63,770 bases of DNA, filler included, from Nemertoderma westbladi (GCA_032718475.1; 4 parts of 4 records of this genome joined end to end with filler, not necessarily neighbours in it); one strand, 5' to 3'; positions 47,244 through 60,276 are shown, counted from the whole stretch's first letter. The notes: a model not told the origin generated them from the letters alone. A program made the numbers and translations.

Positions 47244-50200
47244 TAAGGGCCAGGAACCCAGAAAAGTGGCCAAAACTAAATCTCAGGAATTAAAAACACT
47301 GCCCCGCGTTATTTTAACTACTTTTGGCTTCATTTAAATATGGCCTAGACCAAAATTCAAAGATGAAGACAGTGGTGAACTCAAATTTGTTGTGCGACTC
47401 AAATTTTTCGAGTTATCGGACATTTCCTTGGCCTTTGTGATTAGCCCCAAATTTCTAAATTTTGACTTTACCAAAACCATATAATTAAGCAACATATTTT
47501 GGTGTATTAAGGTTTTTTGGGTAGCTGAGTTAGAAAAAATAGGTTTCAAAATCTTGAAAAATTCTATTATGTCATTTTTTTGGTGTGTGAAAAGTGGGTG
47601 CTGCACGAAATTTTGAAATATCGACTTGTACAAGCCTCATATTTCAACTATAGTTTTTGGTTTATGAAGGTTTTTTTGGTAGCTGAGTTCAAAAAAATAG
47701 GTTTCAAAAGCTCGATATATTCTATTATGTAATTTTTTGGGTGTGTGAAAAGTGGGTGATGCACGAAATTTTGAAATATTGACTTGTACAAAACCATATA
47801 ATTTAATTATAGTTTTTAGTTTATGAAGGTTTTTTGGGTAGCTGAGTTAAAAAAAATTGGTATTAAAAGCTTGCGAGTTTCTAATATGTAATTTTTTGAG
47901 GTATGCAAAAAGTGGTGGTGCTGCCCCAAATTGTAGTATTTTGCGCGTTGATAGGCCTACCTGAGCATGAAAAGTTCCTGTGATATGAATATTTTAAAAT
48001 CAATAAATCTATCCAGAATGGTGAATAGTGTATTCTATCTCATATTACAAGTTAATCGATTGAATGAACAATAGGGAAGGAATATTATATAATATAATAT
48101 TATAAAATAGGGGTAATGTAGATGCTAGAATAATTTGATAATAAAACTATTAAAATATTTCTTCTGGATTAAAAGGTTTAAGGAGTGCTAGAGCCGCTTT
48201 TGGAATTGACTTTCGTTTGACATTTCGGTTAATTTTCCTTAGAGCCGATATCACTGGATCAGATGAACATAAGAGTCTATTTAGCAAGTCGTTGTTTGTG
48301 TTTATTCTTGAAGATTTACGAGAAAAATTCTCACGAAATCGTTTCATATCTTTGTTTCTCGCTTCCTGGGCCTCCTCACTGTACATGCCAATAGGCAGCG
48401 ACAGCGCTTCTATTGCCAAATGTCCATGGAGAAGGACCTCATGAAGCGATTGCGGCATGTAATACCATGGGAACAACTTTACATATTCCCTAGCTGTTTC
48501 ATAAGCATAATTCCTGAATGCTGAGGGATCCACATCAAATCCTGAAGACAAAGTTATCAGAATAATATGAAGTCTCTCAATGAATGATGCATCTATCCCT
48601 AATATTTCAGAAGATATTGTTGCGTTCTGGAATACTCTACGCGAAGTATTGCCGTCATTGGTATTTCCAGAACCTCCTGATTTTGGACGATCAACTATGA
48701 GACCGAGTAAATTACGAAATTCTTGTTGAACTCGAATCTTCTCCTTTTTAATAATCTCCTTTAATGCTTTATTTTTAGTGGACCATTTCTTGATCGTAAT
48801 CTTATAAGAAATATGAAGTAGGCATTCGAAAAATCGAATCCACTGGTGTAGCGTGGAAAGCCCATGGTGGTACATGGATGTATCTAATGTTAGTGAACGT
48901 TCTTGTAATTTAGCAATATCATTCATCTGGGATGGTGTTGCTCCACAGAGAGTACAACTTTGCGAAGATTCAGTCATATCTGATAAGGCCGTATGTATTT
49001 TTCCATCGATCATTGTAACTTCAACAATATGTTTTATTCCCAAAACGTTTCCATTAATATTCACTTGTGTATTGTTAAGGTTCAGAATTTCGTTCTTCAA
49101 CCGCTCATCTTCTGCAATTATGACGTTTGAAGTTTCCTTGATGAACTGGAATCGAACAGGGCGACAATACACTGTTGATGATGGATGATTGTTGTGCCAA
49201 ACAATAACCCTGTCACATGACTCATAATAGCCTCTCAGTTCGAGTGGTACTAAACAAGTAACAAATAAACTTGAGTCATCTACATCATCTTTATTACTTG
49301 GCAGTTGCTTGTAGCTGCTATGGCCACTGCATCCATCAAACCCTACTTTTGAACGCAGAATTAAAGCAATAATGGAGATTTAGTTAACACTTCTTTACTT
49401 ATATCACATATTCGTTTTACAGTATGATCAAGAACGTTTTGGATAGGAATTGATACCTTGTAGTCTTCAACTTGGCGACCTTCAGGATAGCACAGTTGCT
49501 TGGCTTTTCGGACGTGGTTGTAAGCCGGATATAAGTTGACTGATTTTGACATGGATTGATTACGCAGTAATTGATATGTTGATTTATTAAGTTTTCCATC
49601 CATAATTAAGGCAAGAGCTTCATTGGGCGATAATATTGACGATGTTTGATCACCAGAATTAGAATCTTCTGTTTCTGGGATGGATTTAATAATCGATGAT
49701 GCTCGTTTCTTTCCTTCATTTCGATAACTGGATGCCGTGGCTGCAACTAATGCGGAAGTTTCATAGTTCGATTTAATTTCTTGCACACGACGACGCTTTG
49801 TGCGTCCAGAAGCTTCATCGAACTCTAAACTTCGTTTGGCTGTAAAGTTGCAGTTCTAATTATTTTGGAAGTTGATGGGATTTCTTGTGGTGTAGTTGGC
49901 GGACGAATACACTCACTTTCACTGATAATACACCCGTCCAACCATTTCGCGTTCGACTTCTCAAAGAGAATGGAGTACCTCTTACATGCCTTCCATCTCC
50001 TTTTGTAAAGAGGCAAGAAAGACTTTAATAGTGGTGATTTAATAATTTCTTCAGGAGTTGTTACAGGTAATCTCCCTTTCATGAAGTTTAAGAGAAGATC
50101 AAGAGATTCAGCCTCATCCAGTTTATGTTTCAGGTTTGCCTGTATAAAGTCGTAGATTTCCCTCCGTAACATTACAGCATTTTTACAATCATTATAATCC

Positions 50201-50360
50201 CAAGTACAAGTAGACCTATATTAAAACTTCAACACCAAACGGTCAGACACCTGTAGACAACAACATATGGATGATAATTTTGAAATTGTCATATAGGCCT
50301 ATTATTTACCAGGTTACTTTAAAGCAAAATATACTCATCTGTCAGTCTGTAGTGCATTGC
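47239..50360 (-). mobile_element. Transib DNA transposon, decayed; right boundary uncertain
   Basis: CACTAT..GGGCCAGG candidate terminus, three roughly 155-bp subterminal repeats (about 47470-47920), and an internal transposase. Confidence 0.7.
48150..50172 (-). pseudogene. Transib transposase (RAG1-core-related DDE) broken by two frame changes
   Basis: SGRTKRRR, LYPAYNHVRKAK..CYP, KVGFDG, PSSTVYCRPVRF, TMIDGK, CTLCGATP, GLSTLHQWIR, GNTNDGNTSRR, PWYYMP..H..LLH, SEEAQEARNK, LLCSSDP. Frame changes near 49835 and 49370. Confidence 0.93.
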
Positions 50361-50469
50361 AGAATTCAAATATTACAATATTGAAAAATCGTTGTTTGAA
50401 AAATGTTTGAATTTCCCCCCTGGGGGGGGGGGGGAATAGTTTTTTTCTTTCTTTTTTATTAAATTTTTG

Positions 50470-51245
50470 CCGTAGTCGTTGTTACGATTTTGACATGCTA
50501 ATAACTTTGTCAGATTTAAAACTGTCAAGTTGAAATATTGTAGGCACCAATAAGAGCCAAGGTTGAGATTTTTGAGAGACTTTAGGGCACAATCAGTTCA
50601 ATAGTCTACCGCTAGAGGGCCCCATGTCTAAACATTAAATGTCAATTTCCATCCGTTCTGAATCTTAGCATATATGAACTAGACAACATACTGTTAGTTC
50701 CTTTGTGAGGAATTCGGTCCGTAATTCTACAATATGCCGCTAGAGGGTTAAATGTCTCAAAGTGAAAACCATCTCTGATTTCGTCCGTCCATTTTTATCC
50801 GTCCTTGTTGAAACTTGTCAGATATACGTACATGCTAAGACTATCCACAGGCTGCCTCTTTGTAGGGACACGAATCCATCTGCAGTTCTCCAGTCTACCG
50901 CTAGTGGGTTGAAATTAAAACACTGATTGATACCTGGCACATATCTTCTAGATCGTATACTCAGTTTTTGTGAGGTCTTAAACTATCTGCAGTTACCAAG
51001 TCTGACTTAAGGGGGTAAAAGTGATGCTTTATAAGTAAATGGACATCTGCTTATAGGCCTATTTTGTTTAAAATTATTTTGAGTTGACACTTAACATAAG
51101 TTTATATTATGTGTTTTGCAAGCTCAAGGCCACACTTCGTGTATTATATATGTATAATTTATTGCTGAAATGGCCCTTCAAAAGTTCTTAAGCCTTGACG
51201 ATTAGATATTTAGCCCCCCCTAGCGGTAGACCGTGGAATTGCACA
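50470..51245. promoter_or_regulatory. Repeat-borne cluster of CTCF-like sites
   Basis: CCGCTAGAGGGC (50609), CCGCTAGAGGG (50737), TGCAGT-N11-CCGCTAGTGGG (50881), and minus-strand TGCAAT-N11-CCGCTAGGGGGGGC (51243-51213). Confidence 0.5.
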
Positions 51246-51769
51246 ATCCCACAAAATGTCCCATTTCATTGAGACACAGTCCATAGGTCCTTATGAACAG
51301 TTTCATCATTATAAGTTGAAATTATAATGAAATAAACATATAATAATAATAATTCTGCGGACCAAAGGAGCTTCATGACGCCGTGACGTGATATCCAAGA
51401 CATTAGGGCAGACAATATCGGATGCAACAATTATAAAAATGTATTGTTTTATAGAAAATGTATATTTTTGTATCAAATTATTGTATACGAACTAAAATTA
51501 TATACGAATTAAAAGAAAAATCAATTTAAATGTAAAATTATAATTGCACACAACCAAGCCCTTTCCAATATATAACAAAAACTGCCATCCGTCCACCCCA
51601 CAAGTACAGCACAATGAACAAAACCTAACACCTACCACATTGCACCGAAATATCAATTTTAGCACATATTATTATTGACAACATTCAACAATCGTATTCG
51701 CAAAGTTATTTTTACAAGCAAATGATTAAACAATATTATCAGATTGATTAGCATTATTACCTAGGATTT

Positions 51770-52333
51770 TCATTTTTTTTGAATTTGGGTGTTTGTAGGT
51801 GGAAGAGTAGGCAGTTTCATTATCAAATTCTTAATTTGAGTTGCGATTGGGGATGTATAAATGAAATATTCCATTTCTGATGCATTGGGCATTTCCTTAC
51901 AGGCTTTATTCTTAACAATGAAGCTTCTGGAAAGAAGCTGCTTCTTCTGCCGTTTGATTATTAAATCTATTATCATTTTGGCATGATTTATATCACTACG
52001 CATATCCACTAAATCACGCCTTTGCAATAAGAATGTTATAAACAGAAGCAACTTTTGTAGATAAATTCTGAGTGTAGTAACTTTCCGTACTTTGCCACCT
52101 CGTACCTTTTCTTTCATTAATTGAACATATGTATCTTGGATATTCTGATCCAATAACATATCTTGTAGCTCTAGGTCTAATGGGTACGAACTTAGTTCCA
52201 ATGTTTCAATCGTGGGGATAGCCACTATTTGGGATGGGTCAGGGTCAACAATAATTGTAAATAATTGTAAAACCCTTCTGTCATTTAATGAATTAAATGT
52301 ATAATTGCACATTTTGAAATATATATTAATCAC
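51770..52333 (-). pseudogene. Coding-like fragment, possibly the core-binding region of a tyrosine-recombinase element
   Basis: 187 open codons in AT-rich DNA. The helical pattern TTLRIYLQKLLLFITFL resembles integrase SAM-like helices. No catalytic R-H-R-Y residues visible. Confidence 0.25.
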
Positions 52334-52694
52334 GAGTATACTGATTCTGACTGACTGAGTCTGTAGTATTATATACTCAAGTCATGCAAATTGTGCCATT
52401 TTATAACCAATTACAATATTTACCAGTTGTTTCGGTTTAGGTGGATGAGCGTTGTTGGGTTAAGAGCTTTGGCGTTATTGTTTACAATGAATATCATTTT
52501 AAATGATTAAATATAAATGAATTTAATTGAATTGTTTGGGTTAAGAGGTTGGCCGTTGTTTGGGATAAGATTGTTTTGGTTAAGAGTTTGGGCGTTTTGG
52601 GTTAGTTATTTACAATTATTATTTAACCATCCACCTAATAGTGTCATTAAACAAATTCTTCGCCAACTAAGTGGCTCGCCTCACACCTGAAACA

Positions 52695-53642
52695 TTGGAA
52701 CTAAATTCGCTTCCATTGGAACTAAATTCGCTTCCATTGGAACTAAATTCGCTTCCATTGGAACTAAATTCGCTTCCATTGGAACTAAATTCGCTTTTAT
52801 TGGAACTAAGTTCGCTTCCATTGGAACTAAATTCGCTTCCCTTGGAACTAAATTCACTTCCATTGGAACTAAGTTCGCCTCCATTGGAACTAAGTTCGCA
52901 TCCATTGGAACTAAGTTCGCATCCATTGGAACTAATTCGTTTTCGTTTTTCTCTAGTTTTTGGAACTAAGTTCGCTTAAGGGGGGGTTGCGCATTTTCTG
53001 ACCAAAAAGTCGAATTTTTGAAACATATCCTATCTGATGCAGAATCTCTGAGAAAAGAATCTCTGAAGTCTCTGAGAAAAGAGCTTTCGAATGAGCCTAA
53101 AACGAACTTCGTACGACCACTAGAACTGGAGATTATACATTTTGAAGATCTCCGATGACCAATAATTCTATTCCGTGTAATCCCGCAAAGACCGCGAGTC
53201 GCTTATTCGAGTCCCGTCTTCATTCCGGAGACTTGAAGTTGTCTTATAAACTGACAAGTAGGTCCAATAATCATAAAAAAAATACCATCTCAATTAACAT
53301 TTTGTGCTCTTTATCGTGGAGACATCCAATTGGCACCACTGAGCACAGAAATTTGCAGAAATTGAATGCAAACCCCAAACTTCATCACCTTTACCGATAT
53401 CGCGATATATCGGAGCCAGTATCTTCTATCCATGATATCTCGAAAAACGGTTACAATATTTGGATTCAGCATGAAATTCTGCATCAGATAGGATATGTTT
53501 CAAAAATTCGTCGTTTTGGTCAGAAAATGCGCTACCCCCCCCCCCCCCCCCCCCCTTAAATTGGAACTAAATTCGCCAAAATTGGAACTAAATTCGTTTC
53601 CATTGGAACTAAATTCGCATGAGGCTTAAATTGGAACTAAGT
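52695..53642. repeat. 21-bp minisatellite split by a MITE
   Basis: Unit TTGGAACTAAATTCGCTTCCA at 52695-52975, resuming at 53560-53642. Confidence 0.93.
52980..53555. mobile_element. Kolobok-type MITE
   Basis: TTAA TSD (52976-52979, 53556-53559), purine GG start, and TIRs of about 65 bp (GCGCATTTTCTGACCAAAA...CCTATCTGATGCAGAAT). Confidence 0.85.
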
Positions 53643-54830
53643 ACGGGGAATCATGACGTATACTAACTGGTATACTGATGATTAGGCTTAATTCTGTAAT
53701 TAGCCATGTACTGCAGCACTGGTACTGGTCGTGATCCTGAATTAGTACCACCCACTACCGTACCAGTAGCAACTGCCAACTACAGAACTACTGATAGGCC
53801 TACTGAACTAGCATAGCACTACTGCACCACCACGCTCCTGCCAGCCCCCAGCCTGTTTATGGTTTAATATATTAATTAAAGACTACTGGTCGTTATTATT
53901 GGTAGGACCAACACAACGGTACTCTGTCTTGTTTAACTGAGCCTCATGCTGCATGAAGGCCTCACGAACGTGTTACTAATTGCATTGCAAAAATATGAAC
54001 CCATATGATTATATAACTTAACATTAACTTGATATTTTTAATATTTATTTTTTATTGCGTATATTTTATTATCTTTCGACATGTTTTAAGTCCATGCGCT
54101 GCTGACTGTTGGTTTCTCTCAACCTCGAATAATATAATAATAAAATGAAATTGTCATCAAGAATTGTACCGCCATTGCAGATCAGTAATGAAACAACTCC
54201 ACAAAAGGCGGGCTAAACGTAAAATACATGTCTTTGAATGCTGCACTCTTTCATGTTAAATATATGTCTTTGGATGCTGCACTCTTTCATAGTCATTAGA
54301 TTTGAGATAATTTAAGGCATTGCTAAGATCCACTGCCAGATCATACAGATTGATAGATTGCAGGCTGTTCCCTTAGAACTAGCGGATTTCACATATGTAA
54401 CCCTGATATAGAATTAGGTTAGTAGTGTATTCATCAGGGAAATATTTTGCAATTTCAACAGCAGCATTTATAATTATTATTCAATGGCCCCACGGTTGTG
54501 CCAAAATTACACCCCCCCCCCCCCCCCCACCCCATGGTTACCTGAAATTTAATCAAAATAATTTAATAATCTAAACTTAAAACTTTGATACTTCTAATAA
54601 ATTGAATAAGTAGATAAGAGAATATCCATCGGGATGGAACTCGCGCCCCGGGAGACGCGGTACAGCAACCGCCACGACTGTAACAATTACTAAAACAATT
54701 ACACAATATTGAAAAGCAAATTTTCAGGGTTGTTTATTATTGATTCGAATTCCTGTCGCAGATGTCTGTACACCTACCGTTAAAATGTCTTTACCGCTAA
54801 AAGCCAAAATCAAATAACTCCATGTTTTGA

Positions 54831-55490
54831 AACAAGTCGTGCGCACGAGTTGTTTCTGCAGTAACAAGTCGTGCGCACGACTTGTTTTAGCAAAACAAGT
54901 CGTGCGCACGAGTTGTTTCTGAAGTAACAAGTCGTGCGCACGACTTGTTTTAGCAAAACAAGTCGTGCGCACGAGTTGTTTTAGCAAAACAAGTCGTGCG
55001 CACGAGTTGTTTTAGCAAAACAAGTCGTGCGCACGAGTTGTTTCTGAAGTAACAAGTCGTGCGCACGAGTTGTTTTAGCAAAACAAGTCGTGCGCACGAG
55101 TTGTTTTAGAAAACAAGTCGTGCGCACGAGTTGTTTCTGAAGTAACAAGTCGTGCGCACGAGATGTTTTAGCAAAACAAGTCGTGCGCACGAGTTGTTTC
55201 TGAAGTAACAAGTCGTGCGCACGACTTGTTTTAGCAAAACAAGTCGTGCGCACGAGTTGTTTTAGCAAAACAAGTCGTGCGCACGAGTTGTTTCTGAAGT
55301 AACAAGTCGTGCGCACGAGTTGTTTTAGCAAAACAAGTCGTGCGCACGAGTTGTTTTAGCAAAACAAGTCGTGCGCACGAGTTGTTTCTGAAGTAACAAG
55401 TCGTGCGCACGAGTTGTTTTAGCAAAACAAGTCGTGCGCACGAGTTGTTTCTGATGTAACAAGTCGTGCGCACGACTTGTTTTAGCAAAA
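54831..55490. repeat. 31/32-bp palindromic minisatellite, about 21 copies
   Basis: Core AACAAGTCGTGCGCACGA(C/G)TTGTT with TTAGCAA or TCTGAAGT linkers. Confidence 0.95.
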
Positions 55491-57479
55491 AAAAAATTCG
55501 TTGTTGGCCCTTCAGTGCCACCATACACAATATATACCTGGAGATTCGCCCATATAATATTCAATATTATACTTATACGACATAATACTTTATTAATGGT
55601 GAAGGGTTTGATCTAGCCAATCACAGAATAACATCGCTTGGTTGGTCAGTGAAGGTCACATTGCCTTTGGTGTGACTGTATGTCACCTTGGAGTGAGTGA
55701 CTGTGGGAGAACGGCTTTTAAATTGTTTTCTGATGAGTGTCACCCACTGGACAGTAGTATGGTATATTCTGTGGTAGGTTAATCGTGCAAAACTAATTTA
55801 TTAGGGTTATAAACTATTGGTTTAATGTATAAGACACGTGGGCTCCTGCAGAACAATTTCGTCGTTTCGTATCCTAGTGGGTGCAGCCATCCAGGGAGGG
55901 TCACCATAAGAAAGATATTTTATTCAGAACCGGAACCATAAATATCTTTGAGGAAGTCAGATGTGTCAAGATTGTGCTTTATAGATGTGCTTTATAGGAG
56001 AGCAATTAATTACAATATAGAGCCTACTCTGAGTAAGTTTGGAATCAGTTGGTGGCTGATTATCATTTAATTTTTCCTCACCATAATCATCACAATAACC
56101 CCCATACACCCCACGATATTCTTCATAACAGAGGAGCTCTTCACTTATTATATTTTTAGGACTATATTAATGGACCCCGACTTTATAATTGTTGCATTAT
56201 TAGCAATAAATTTCCTTAGAATCGGTAGATAAAGCCATCACGTTTTGCCAGCATTGTCAGATCGAAACTCCCCCATTCTGTCAGTGAATGTAACAATATA
56301 ATTCAAGTGAACTGATATTAAATAAAATAAGTAAAAATAATTTTAGCTAATAATTTTATAATAATTATATATATAAGGATTATTCTAAATTTCTGGCAAA
56401 CAGGCAAGGGAAGATGGGGGGATATGATACATGGGGTAAATGGATACATCAGCTGCAAATCTCTCACAGTTTAATGTAGAAACATAAAATTTCAATTTTC
56501 TTAGGTAAAATTTAATGGTGATCAATGTTCACATACTGTGGGGTTCTGGTAGTCTAATTTCAATTTATATAAAATTATTTTCTAAAACTTCAATGATATA
56601 TTGTTAACCAAATGCCATGTTAAATAGATCATTCGAAAGCTTATTTTGTTAAAAACTTATTTACATGATTTTATGAGAATAAAATGGACCTTCTTTGTCA
56701 AATCAAAAAGTTCCTTATTTTAATGGTGTATAAAATATAGATTCATATCACAATGACTAAGCCTACAAATTGCAAGACTGCAAGGAAGTCAGACTATGTA
56801 GGTAATACAATTAGGGTATTAGTTATATTAGGATTTTGGACATTTTTGGATTTCGTTCAACTTTGGATTCATGTTGCTTTTCAGTGGATCCAACGTTTAA
56901 TTTTGGCACTTATGATGTAACACCTTTTGCTTATGTCCCAACTGCTATTAACTATAGTAAAATCAAACTATAGTAATGTCAACTTATTCCAAAAGTTTAT
57001 TATAACTGTTAACATTATCCACTCCTAAAGACAAAATATTCAGGCTTCATCACCATTGGGGAGTCAGCACTACCAGTTACTTTCAAACCCCCTACCTTTA
57101 GCATGCACAGTCAGTGTACCTGACATTTTCAAGAAAACTGTAGGACATAAATGATGAAAGGAATTGGAATTGGAAATGATAAAGCTCAGGCGGAATTCCT
57201 ACTTTGTTTTCGAAGCAAACCTGGGTTAATTGATTCTGTCGATTCCCCTGATGTAGAAGTACATCTCCTTGGTCTGAAACAAATCTATGATCGGAAGCTC
57301 CCTCCACTGCTAAATAAAGACCAACCTTGAGTCAACGTTTTGGGTGTTATCTACGCCACCATCCATAACGCCACTGCCACCGTCGCCTCCACCATTATGT
57401 CCACGATGCCACCACCACCAGCAGCGACGCCACCACCCACGACGCCACTGCCCACGACACCACCTGTCCCCACTCACTG

Positions 57480-57640
57480 CTTTCCCGCTTGCAGCAACCA
57501 AACAGTGGGCCTCCCTGGCTCCTGTCCACAATGCCAGGCTAAAAGCCCTGCATGAGTCCCTCCCACCATCCGGGGTGGCAAGGTTGAACTCCCTGGACCA
57601 CCCCACCGCAGGCTGCTGGCTTGACGCCATCCCCGTCAGC
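57480..57640 (+). mobile_element. Second CRE-like retrotransposon fragment
   Basis: ATKQWASLAPVH..ARLNSLDHPTAGCWLDAIPVS parallels ARL..GSCLVAIPVS at about 31385-31440. Confidence 0.6.
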
Positions 57641-57697
57641 CCTTCCCCGCCACTTCCTCCAACAAAGGCTGGCAATCGCCATCCTGGTCAGCAATGC

Positions 57698-57797
57698 NNN
57701 NNNNNNNNNNNNNNNNNNNNNNNNNNNNNNNNNNNNNNNNNTTAATTAATTAANNNNNNNNNNNNNNNNNNNNNNNNNNNNNNNNNNNNNNNNNNNN
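57698..57797. other. Artificial contig spacer
   Basis: N44-TTAATTAATTAA-N44. Confidence 0.97.
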
Positions 57798-58787
57798 CCT
57801 ACACTATACCCATTTGACCCTACACTATACCCATTCGACCCTACACTATACCCATTTGACCCTACACTATACCCATTTGACCCTACACTATACCCATTTG
57901 ACCCTACACTATACCCATTTGACCCTGCACTATATCCATTGGACCCCACACTTCAATACCCATTTGACCCTACACTATACCCATTTGACCCTACACTATA
58001 CCCATTTGACCCTACACTATACCCATTTGACCCTACACTATACCCATTTGACCCTACACTATACCCATTTGACCCTACACTATACCCATTTGACCCTACA
58101 CTATACCCATTTGACCCTACACTATACCCATTCGACCCTACACTATACCCATTTGACCCTACACTATACCCATTTGACCCTACACTATACCCATTTGACC
58201 CTACACTATACCCATTTGACCCTACACTATACCCATTTGACCCTACACTATACCCATTTGACCCTACACTATACCCATTCGACCCTACACTATACCCATT
58301 CGACCCTACACTATACCCATTCGACCCTACACTATACCCATTTGACCCTACACTATACCCATTTGACCCTACACTATACCCATTTGACCCTACACTATAC
58401 CCATTTGACCCTGCACTATATCCATTGGACCCCACACTTCAATACCCATTTGACCCTACACTATACCCATTTGACCCTACACTATACCCATTTGACCCTA
58501 CACTATACCCATTTGACCCTACACTATACCCATTTGACCCTACACTATACCCATTTGACCCTACACTATACCCATTTGACCCTACACTATACCCATTTGA
58601 CCCTACACTATACCCATTCGACCCTACACTATACCCATTTGACCCTACACTATACCCATTTGACCCTACACTATACCCATTTGACCCTACACTATACCCA
58701 TTTGACCCTACACTATACCCATTTGACCCTACACTATACCCATTTGACCCTACACTATACCCATTTGACCCTACACTATACCCATTT
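57798..58787. repeat. 21-bp minisatellite (about 47 copies) with a 486-bp higher-order duplication
   Basis: Unit CCCTACACTATACCCATTTGA. The variant block CCCTGCACTATATCCATTGGACCCCACACTTCAATACC occurs at 57923 and 58409. Confidence 0.96.
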
Positions 58788-58979
58788 AATATTTTTTATT
58801 AAATTTCCATTTAAATCCCCATTTAATTATTTACATATTAAGCTTAATTATTAAGCATTATTTACAGGTAGTTTTTTTTGTTTAGCCTCCGTTTCTCCTG
58901 TTAGTTCCTACTCCGAGTGTTAAAACAACCAGAAAAACCTTAAAATTTGTAAACAAATAAACAAAAGCTACACTTTACA

Positions 58980-59678
58980 ACAATACCGGTACTGTACAAC
59001 AGTACCGGTACTGTACAACAGTACCGGTACTGTACAACAGTACCGGTACTGTACAACAGTACCGGTACTGTACAACAGTACCGGTACTGTACAACAGTAC
59101 CGGTACTGTACAACAGTACCGGTACTGTACAACAGTACCGGTACTGTACAACAGTACCGGTACTGTACAACAGTACCGGTACCGGTACCGGTACTGTACA
59201 ACAGTACCGGTACTGTACAACAGTACCGGTACTGTACAACAGTACCGGTACTGTACAACAGTACCGGTACTGTACAACAGTACCGGTACTGTACAACAGT
59301 ACCGGTACTGTACAACAGTACCGGTACTGTACAACAGTACCGGTACTGTACAACAGTACCGGTACTGTACAACAGTACCGGTACTGTACAACAGTACCGG
59401 TACTGTACAACAGTACCGGTACTGTACAACAGTACCGGTACTGTACAACAGTACCGGTACTGTACAACAGTACCGGTACTGTACAACAGTACCGGTACTG
59501 TACAACAGTACCGGTACTGTACAACAGTACCGGTACTGTACAACAGTACCGGTACTGTACAACAGTACCGGTACTGTACAACAGTACCGGTACTGTACAA
59601 CAGTACCGGTACTGTACAACAGTACCGGTACTGTACAACAGTACCGGTACTGTACAACAGTACCGGTACTGTACAACA
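58980..59678. repeat. 19-bp palindromic minisatellite, about 36 near-identical copies
   Basis: Unit ACAGTACCGGTACTGTACA contains a perfect 16-bp palindrome. One unit has two extra GTACCG hexamers. Confidence 0.97.
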
Positions 59679-59721
59679 TTATCGGTACAAGATTTCCAGG
59701 TCTACCTTTTATAAGCTACAT

Positions 59722-59790
59722 TCGGAATTGTTAGAACACCAGACTTCCACCCAAACTGAAGGTCACCAGTTCGAACCCACTTGGGCGGTA
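59722..59790 (+). mobile_element. Degenerate tRNA-derived SINE head
   Basis: AAGGTCACCAGTTCGAACCC B-box region; the A-box is decayed. Confidence 0.35.
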
Positions 59791-60276
59791 ATGCTTACTT
59801 TGCTACTAAGCTGGTGTCCAACACATATTATAATTAAAGCTCCACGGTTGCCTTTTAATGAGAAATGCTAAATAAAAATATATATTTCTCTTTTACGATT
59901 TACGTGAGATATTTCGCGATTTCTCTGAAATCATACGATACCATTGGCTCTACTGCTGACGATTCTCAGTCCTGTACTAATTGAGATTCACTGAATACGT
60001 TTGAAACATCCGATAGCAGCAAAATCTGAACATATTTTATGTGTTTGATGAAAATAGAGTGAAAGTGAGTTTTTTCCAATTTCAACATTTTTGTAAAAAT
60101 CTCAAATTTTGAAAATTGCTGCTTTGCGGTGAAAAAATCATTCGATGGTGAAAACCATCATATGGAATTCCTTCTATTAAACTAGAAAATATAGATACAA
60201 TATTTTTTGAAAATTACACTTTCATTCTTGGTAATAAATACTAATCAAATAATTTAAGTTATAATATTTAACTTTA

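Noticed and set aside
48150-52333. ProtoRAG-like RAG1L/RAG2L pair
   Set aside because: No kelch/PHD RAG2-like ORF and no RING or RAG1 N-terminal region. The motifs are those of ordinary Transib.
57814-59679. Repeat-peptide ORFs (TLHYTHL, YPFDPTL, YSTGTVVQ)
   Set aside because: Translations of non-coding 21- and 19-bp satellites, with no synonymous-type divergence or flanking domain.
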